Shown one piece after another: positions 58,613 to 64,000 of a stretch of DNA of 64,000 nucleotides. The notes below the pieces were generated by a model. That model ran no database searches, was not told where the DNA came from, and worked only from the letters and a program-made list of their open reading frames with translations. The position numbers were made by a program, and so were the translations under genes. Origin of the DNA: Cystobasidiomycetes sp. EMM_F5 (taxonomy: Eukaryota); contig JBPGPT010000053.1 of the NCBI GenBank assembly GCA_051047955.1, positions 1-64,000 of the forward strand, written 5' to 3'. The stretch's first letter is position 1; every line of letters begins with the position of its first letter.

Positions 58613-61600
58613 TTACATATGCAATATCGCATGCATGGCTAACGTAGCCTGCATGTCTGCCAAAGTGGAGTTTCGCGGTATTTTTCGGGCTAGTAACATG
58701 ACCATGAGCATTCTTGCTGGCTCGAGATCTACCTCGGGTGTAAGTCGAATTCGTCGTTGTATTGACTTAGCCAAACCCGCTAGGCATTCGTCCAAAATTT
58801 CCGGCGCGATCGCTGGCATTTTATAACCTTGCACAAGCTTTTCGGCTTTTTCAATCGAGCACGTGAAGAGCTGCTTCACCTGCTTCTGTGTTACTCGCGA
58901 CTCCGCCACCTGCTTACCGAAAGGAGTCGTCACCAGACGTAGACGGTCCCGCGTCTGAACCAGGCAGTGATGCTTAGCAGTCTCCATAAAGCGATCTACA
59001 AGATGCGATAACAAGGCAGAGCGACTCTGAGGGTGACAGTCATACAGAGAAGGGTTGTTCACCACCTGATGAGAGAAGAATGTATTTGCGAAAGCGTCGA
59101 GGCATGATTGTTGGTTGTGTATCCGCCCAGTTGTGATGTTTCGCAATATCAGCCGCATAAAGATGTCCGATTCCAGCAGCGTAGATTCTATTGGAAGGCC
59201 CTCCGCCAAGAATTTGGAGAGCAGCGTGGCTTTGTCATTCTGAGTGAAGACCATGAAGGTCGCGCTATCTTCGGATGCTTTCCCTTGGGCCAGAGATTGC
59301 ATCTGTAAAATGTCCTGCATGCCGTAGTCTACGATCTTGCTCTCGCTCGATCCGGGGCGGACCTCGGCCATCTGTGTGCCCATGACGATGACTAAAGGGC
59401 TGGCGTGAGGTAGTGTATAACACGCTTCGCGAGGCGCTATGAGTACTTTGAGGGCTCCAGATGCGAATAGATGCAACGAGATGCCTTGGTCTGTCGGATG
59501 CATTCCATCATGGTATATCGCGAAACCATGCTGTATGCCCTCAGCAAGCTGCTGATCAGTGACGCGCTCAGCATAGAGCAGAAGGGTATCGGCATCGATA
59601 TTGATGAAGCCGTTCAGATCCAATGCCGAATGGGCAGTGAAGTCAGTCAGGGTCCTATAACACTGCGCGCGATGTGAAACGAAGCATATGGCGGAGTCGC
59701 TTTGATTTCGGATGGCATCGTACGCCGGCTTTATCATAGCTTTCATCAGACTAGGGGAATGTGGTTGACCGAAGCTGACGGTACGATTGACCAGTGGCAT
59801 TGGTCGGCTGGAAGGAGGAAAAGATAGCATATGCTCATCTTGCACATTCAGCCAAACCGCCACGTCTCGCCCGTCGACAAGGCACGAAGAGAACGCCACG
59901 ATCCTGACGTCTTCGCCTCCATTTTGCGTGATATGCGAAAGAGCCAGCTCATACTCTGCTGAAAGAGATTGCAAATCGTCCGCTACAATAAGATCGTAAT
60001 CTTGCGAGGTCTCGTAAGATGGTGTTGCAATGGTGATTGTGTGCCCGCTCCGCGGCATCGGTGCATGCTTTGCGCCTCGTGTTTCGATCAGGACGTTATA
60101 GTGAGCTTCCCAGCTACGTAATCTTGCGTTCAATCGGTGGCGAAGCGCTCGAGCGAGTGTCGCGTTGGCAGTCATTACGAGACACCTTGAGGTGGCTTGA
60201 GTCTTGATGACTCGCCTGTGTACCGGGTTTAGTCGTTGCGGAATACGAAACTTAGAATGACGTACCATATACACAGACATAGGAGTTCATGTCGCGCTGT
60301 ACTGATAGGAGCGCTGACGAGTAAGTTACTGTTGCTAAAGAAAATCGAATGCAGGGAACGGATCTCGAACGGACTGAGTAAATTGCGGTGAATGCCGTAG
60401 AACTCTGCAAGATCGGCGTGTATATGATCTGGGGTATAAGGTAGATGCGATAACGTGATCTTCGGCGGAGCGGTACGAGGTAAATGTAGTTTGGAAGTAT
60501 CAATTGTCATGGTCTGATCGCAGCCGAACCACGTTTCGGATGACAGACGAATATGTAGCTGTCGAGGTAGGGTGAAAGCGGGAATACTGAATTCGATATC
60601 GATCTCGGTCGCTTCAGAGCGAACAGCGAATCTCGAATACTGATGAATGTCGTGATCGTTACCATCGCTGACCCAGATGTAGAAGAATTGAACTCGACCA
60701 TGAATTTTCTCCGACCACTCAAAATCGGGTTGGACTACCAGACTGATTCGCAGAAGGTCGTGAGTCAAAGTCTTGATGCGGCTTTGAACTGATAAACGAG
60801 GCAGACGCCTCGCAGCGGTGTGGACCATATCACCGAATCGCTCATTCATGTGTATTAGGCTACCTAAGTCCATAGCTGTACTCTGAATAATCTCCTCGAT
60901 GGACATGGCCTCAATCCATCGATTAATGTTGTATACGACCTCAGACGGCAGCGAAAGCTGTTGCAGGGGATGAACCCATGGCCACATCCGCTCTGTGAGA
61001 TGCCATCAGCCTTCATTCAATAGCAGCCTACACTCCTTTCCTACTTTCGACCGCTTTGCATATCGATAGCAACGAAGCTGTAGCTTGCGACCATTTTCTG
61101 CTCATTACGATTTCTTGCAGAGCGCGAGCAATCCTTCCAGCATTTTGCGCGACCTGCGACCGTGAGATGCGTTAGGCCATTTTCGGGTAGATTGTATACC
61201 AACTCACATAACCCATATCCGAAATAAGCGCAAAGTCCTCAAGCTGAGCTTGGCAAATGAAGGCCTGAAGCAGAACATTGGCCTTGCCATCGGACGTGTC
61301 GGTTCCCCCTTTGACTTGACAAGGTATGACATTCTCAATCAAGCGCTTGAGCTCGTCGGTCTCCGAATCACGAATGGCGACTTGGTCAAATTCAGTGCTC
61401 TTCGCCAGCACAGCAAGAAGGTCTGCTTCTGTCATCTTGGGCCGGAGTAGTTCGTTAAACTTTTCGATGCTTGCAGACCGCACATAGTATTTCGAAGCGA
61501 TCTGACCAATCTCCGACGAACTTAAGCCTTCTGTGGCCTCGTCATGTTGCACCATACCATTTCGCGTGAGAGCTTTGACGGCATTGAGGACAAGGTCGCG

Positions 61601-64000
61601 ACGACGCTGTCCTAACATAGGATCTGACGACACGTCTAGACTAGACAATCCGTACACCAAGGGGTTCTTCCGCATTCGCACTTGCAAAAAGGTATAGCCG
61701 AGCCATCTGACACCTTCATCGACAGTCGTTACCGTTCCAAGCGCAATCTCCGCGTTCAGCGAGTCGACTAAGCCATTGACGAATTTGGATTCAATGGGCA
61801 CCTGCTGATTGACTGCTGTAATATAGTGGTCGGCTTTGTCGCTGGTAGTACAGATGTAGGATACCCCATGCGTTTCATATTGGGGTCGTCCCGCGCGACC
61901 AAACATTTGCAGAACGTCTAGAACTGAGAGGTCCATAAATTGACCCTTACTCGAATCGTACAGCTGTGTACCCCTGGTACGCAATGGAACGTCAGCAAAG
62001 CGTTCTATGATAAGCGCTGTCGACTCACTTGATAATCACGGCATATGCCGGAAGATTGACCCCCCATGCTAAAGTAGCGGTGCATACCAGGATATTAGTG
62101 ACGTTACGCTCGAACAGACGTTCACTGAGATTTCTGTCAGATCGCAGCATTCCTGCGTGATGAATACTGCAAAACGGCTTATTGTAAGCTATGTAGTCCT
62201 GGTCTGCAGAATCTCGTATTCACCCAATACCAGCGCTGACAAGGTCCTTCAGCTCGCGATTGCGACTCATAGCGATCTCACGCTTAAATGCTTCAAGAGA
62301 GGGGTTGTCGCTAACGTCAAAGTACGAAGTTTCGCTCTCCTCAATTGCGCGTTCCCTCAGCATCTGAGCAGTCTTGACGGTATCCTTTCTCGCATGCACA
62401 AATATCAAGACTTGGTGGCCTTCTTTGATGAGATCCAGCGTCTTATCAAATGTTGCTATGTCTAGATTGTCTCGGCTCTGCTGCGACCCCGGCTTTCCTT
62501 TGGATGCTATAAAATGTTGCTCCAAAGGTACGGGCCGGAAGGAGCTGTCGAAGAAGAATAGCCCAACGTATGGATTCACTCGCAAGAAATCGGCAACGTC
62601 GACAAAATTTGGCAGGGTGGCAGATAAGCCAACAATACGAATGAGAGACTGGGAAGACTCGACCTGTCGGAGTGTTCGAGCAATTATACTTTCCAAGACA
62701 GCACCCCGATCTTCTGCCAGCAGATGCACCTCGTCCACTATCAGCAACTTCAACAGCTAAACGCAAATTTAGCATGATGGGAGGCAAGCTAGACCTAGTG
62801 ATAGGGCCACATACAGATGCTAGTTCACCCTCGCCAGTTGTCTTCCTTGTAACAACATCCCACTTTTCAGGTGTGGTGACAATCATCTGGGTTTCGGAGA
62901 TTTCCTTACGAGTGAGCTGCATATCACCCGTCAATTCGCGTACAGCAAGACCACACCAGGAGAACCTTTTTGACATTTTGACGACAATCTCGCTGGCGAG
63001 CGCCTTCATCGGCGCAACATAGACAACTTTGAAATTCTTGTTTCGCATTTTGCCGCTTTTTAGGTCGATATCGGCATACATACTCAAAGCTCGTAGTACC
63101 GTCAGGACCGCAACGTCTGTTTTGCCTGCACCTGTCGGAGCGCAGACCAGCATATTTTCGGAAGTCTCGTAGGCTGTTGGATAGACAATGGATTGCAGCC
63201 TGTTTAGTGTGTCATACGGCAGACTCTGTCGGACAAGAGGAGGTAGCTGTTTTGTCGCAAGTAAGGTAGCAGTATACGATGAAGGATGTTTCGCAAGTGT
63301 GGGAATAGTCACTTCGGAGTAATGCTAGAGTATAACCCAAGTCAGCCCGTGAACGGCTGCACGACGCAATTTTGCCAACTTCATGCTCGACCCTTGTGCT
63401 GCCGAGTGGAAGTAGCGCCTTTCCACCAGACATTGCCGAACCTGCCATTGCTGATTTTGTCGCGTATACGTGAGGGTACCTGACCTCATCGCCGACAATC
63501 GCACGGTTATTCGGGTTGACTAGAGGTCTATTGGCTGCTTCTTCCAAGTTTCTCAGGTGCATTTGTTCCAATTCATCGATACTCATACCAGGCCTCATGC
63601 CTGCCGGACATGCTATATTAGCTGAAGCAGACCGTTTCGCGCTGCTGATGCCCCCATACCATTAGTGGCATCTCTATGCTGGCGATTCCCCTTCCCACGC
63701 TGCTTTCCTAACCGTCGAGGCGTTTGTAACGAAGCATACGCTCCTTCAGCATCGCTGTCCACGGGCGCGTTCACGCCAGAACCACCGTCTTTACCGTTTT
63801 CTGCAATGTGCTCAACAGCCTGGTACGCGGTCGACGTATGTTTAGCTTCAATCCTTCGCCCTGCCAGGTGCTTGAGGAAGGCAAAAACTGACCCTGTTGG
63901 TATGCTGAACTTCATACTCATGTCTTATTCGCTCGCGTTTCGAAAGCAGGTCGGGGATAGAGTCTACGGCGTCGAAACCGAGAATGTCGAGGATATCGGA
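58613..64000 (-). CDS. SLH1: Ski2-like Sec63 helicase SLH1/RQT2/ASCC3 (5' end outside the window), multi-exon
   Basis: [15 protein letters not shown] (Slh1-type N-terminus), [71 protein letters not shown] and a Sec63 unit. The second cassette is degenerate. Confidence 0.88.

Noticed and set aside
58613..64000. BRR2 assignment
   Set aside because: The N-terminal YPHVY/LPxG segment and first-cassette details fit Slh1/ASCC3 better, although phylogeny is needed to be sure.

Overview
Eukaryotic, intron-rich, gene-dense fungal DNA. It is most likely from a basidiomycete yeast; this is inferred from the short introns with CTRAY branch points and from the FKS1, Tea4 and Slh1 sequences, and the exact taxon cannot be determined. 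Most of the window is a housekeeping backbone: a CSR1-like and a PDR16-like CRAL-TRIO gene, FKS1, DIC1, a 2OG-Fe(II) oxygenase, PanB/ECM31, DBP7, an old yellow enzyme, Tea4/Bud14, POL12, a Con-6 protein, NDUFB8, CWC2, an aldo-keto reductase, a Cdc1-like phosphoesterase, VMA2, RPL26, URB2 and SLH1/ASCC3. Four accessory elements are inserted into this backbone. (1) An intronless, bacterial-looking CHAT (caspase-like) protease at 48464-49582. (2) About 1.6 kb away, an orphan gene carrying a 6-copy, 25-28 aa repeat arranged as a duplicated trimer and interrupted by one CAG->TAG stop (51168-53259). (3) A tandem pair of intronless GNAT acetyltransferases, the first ending in a CaaX box (40992-42949). 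(4) An AT-hook plus WRKY/GCM1 (Mutator/FAR1-like) zinc-finger orphan at about 32500-35386. Smaller signals include a divergent FKS1 echinocandin hotspot, a degenerate second helicase cassette in SLH1, a structured RPL26 intron, MCB boxes upstream of POL12, PTS1 signals and GC-AG introns. Gene spans were spliced by eye, so exon borders are approximate and all family calls come from motif recognition, not database searches.
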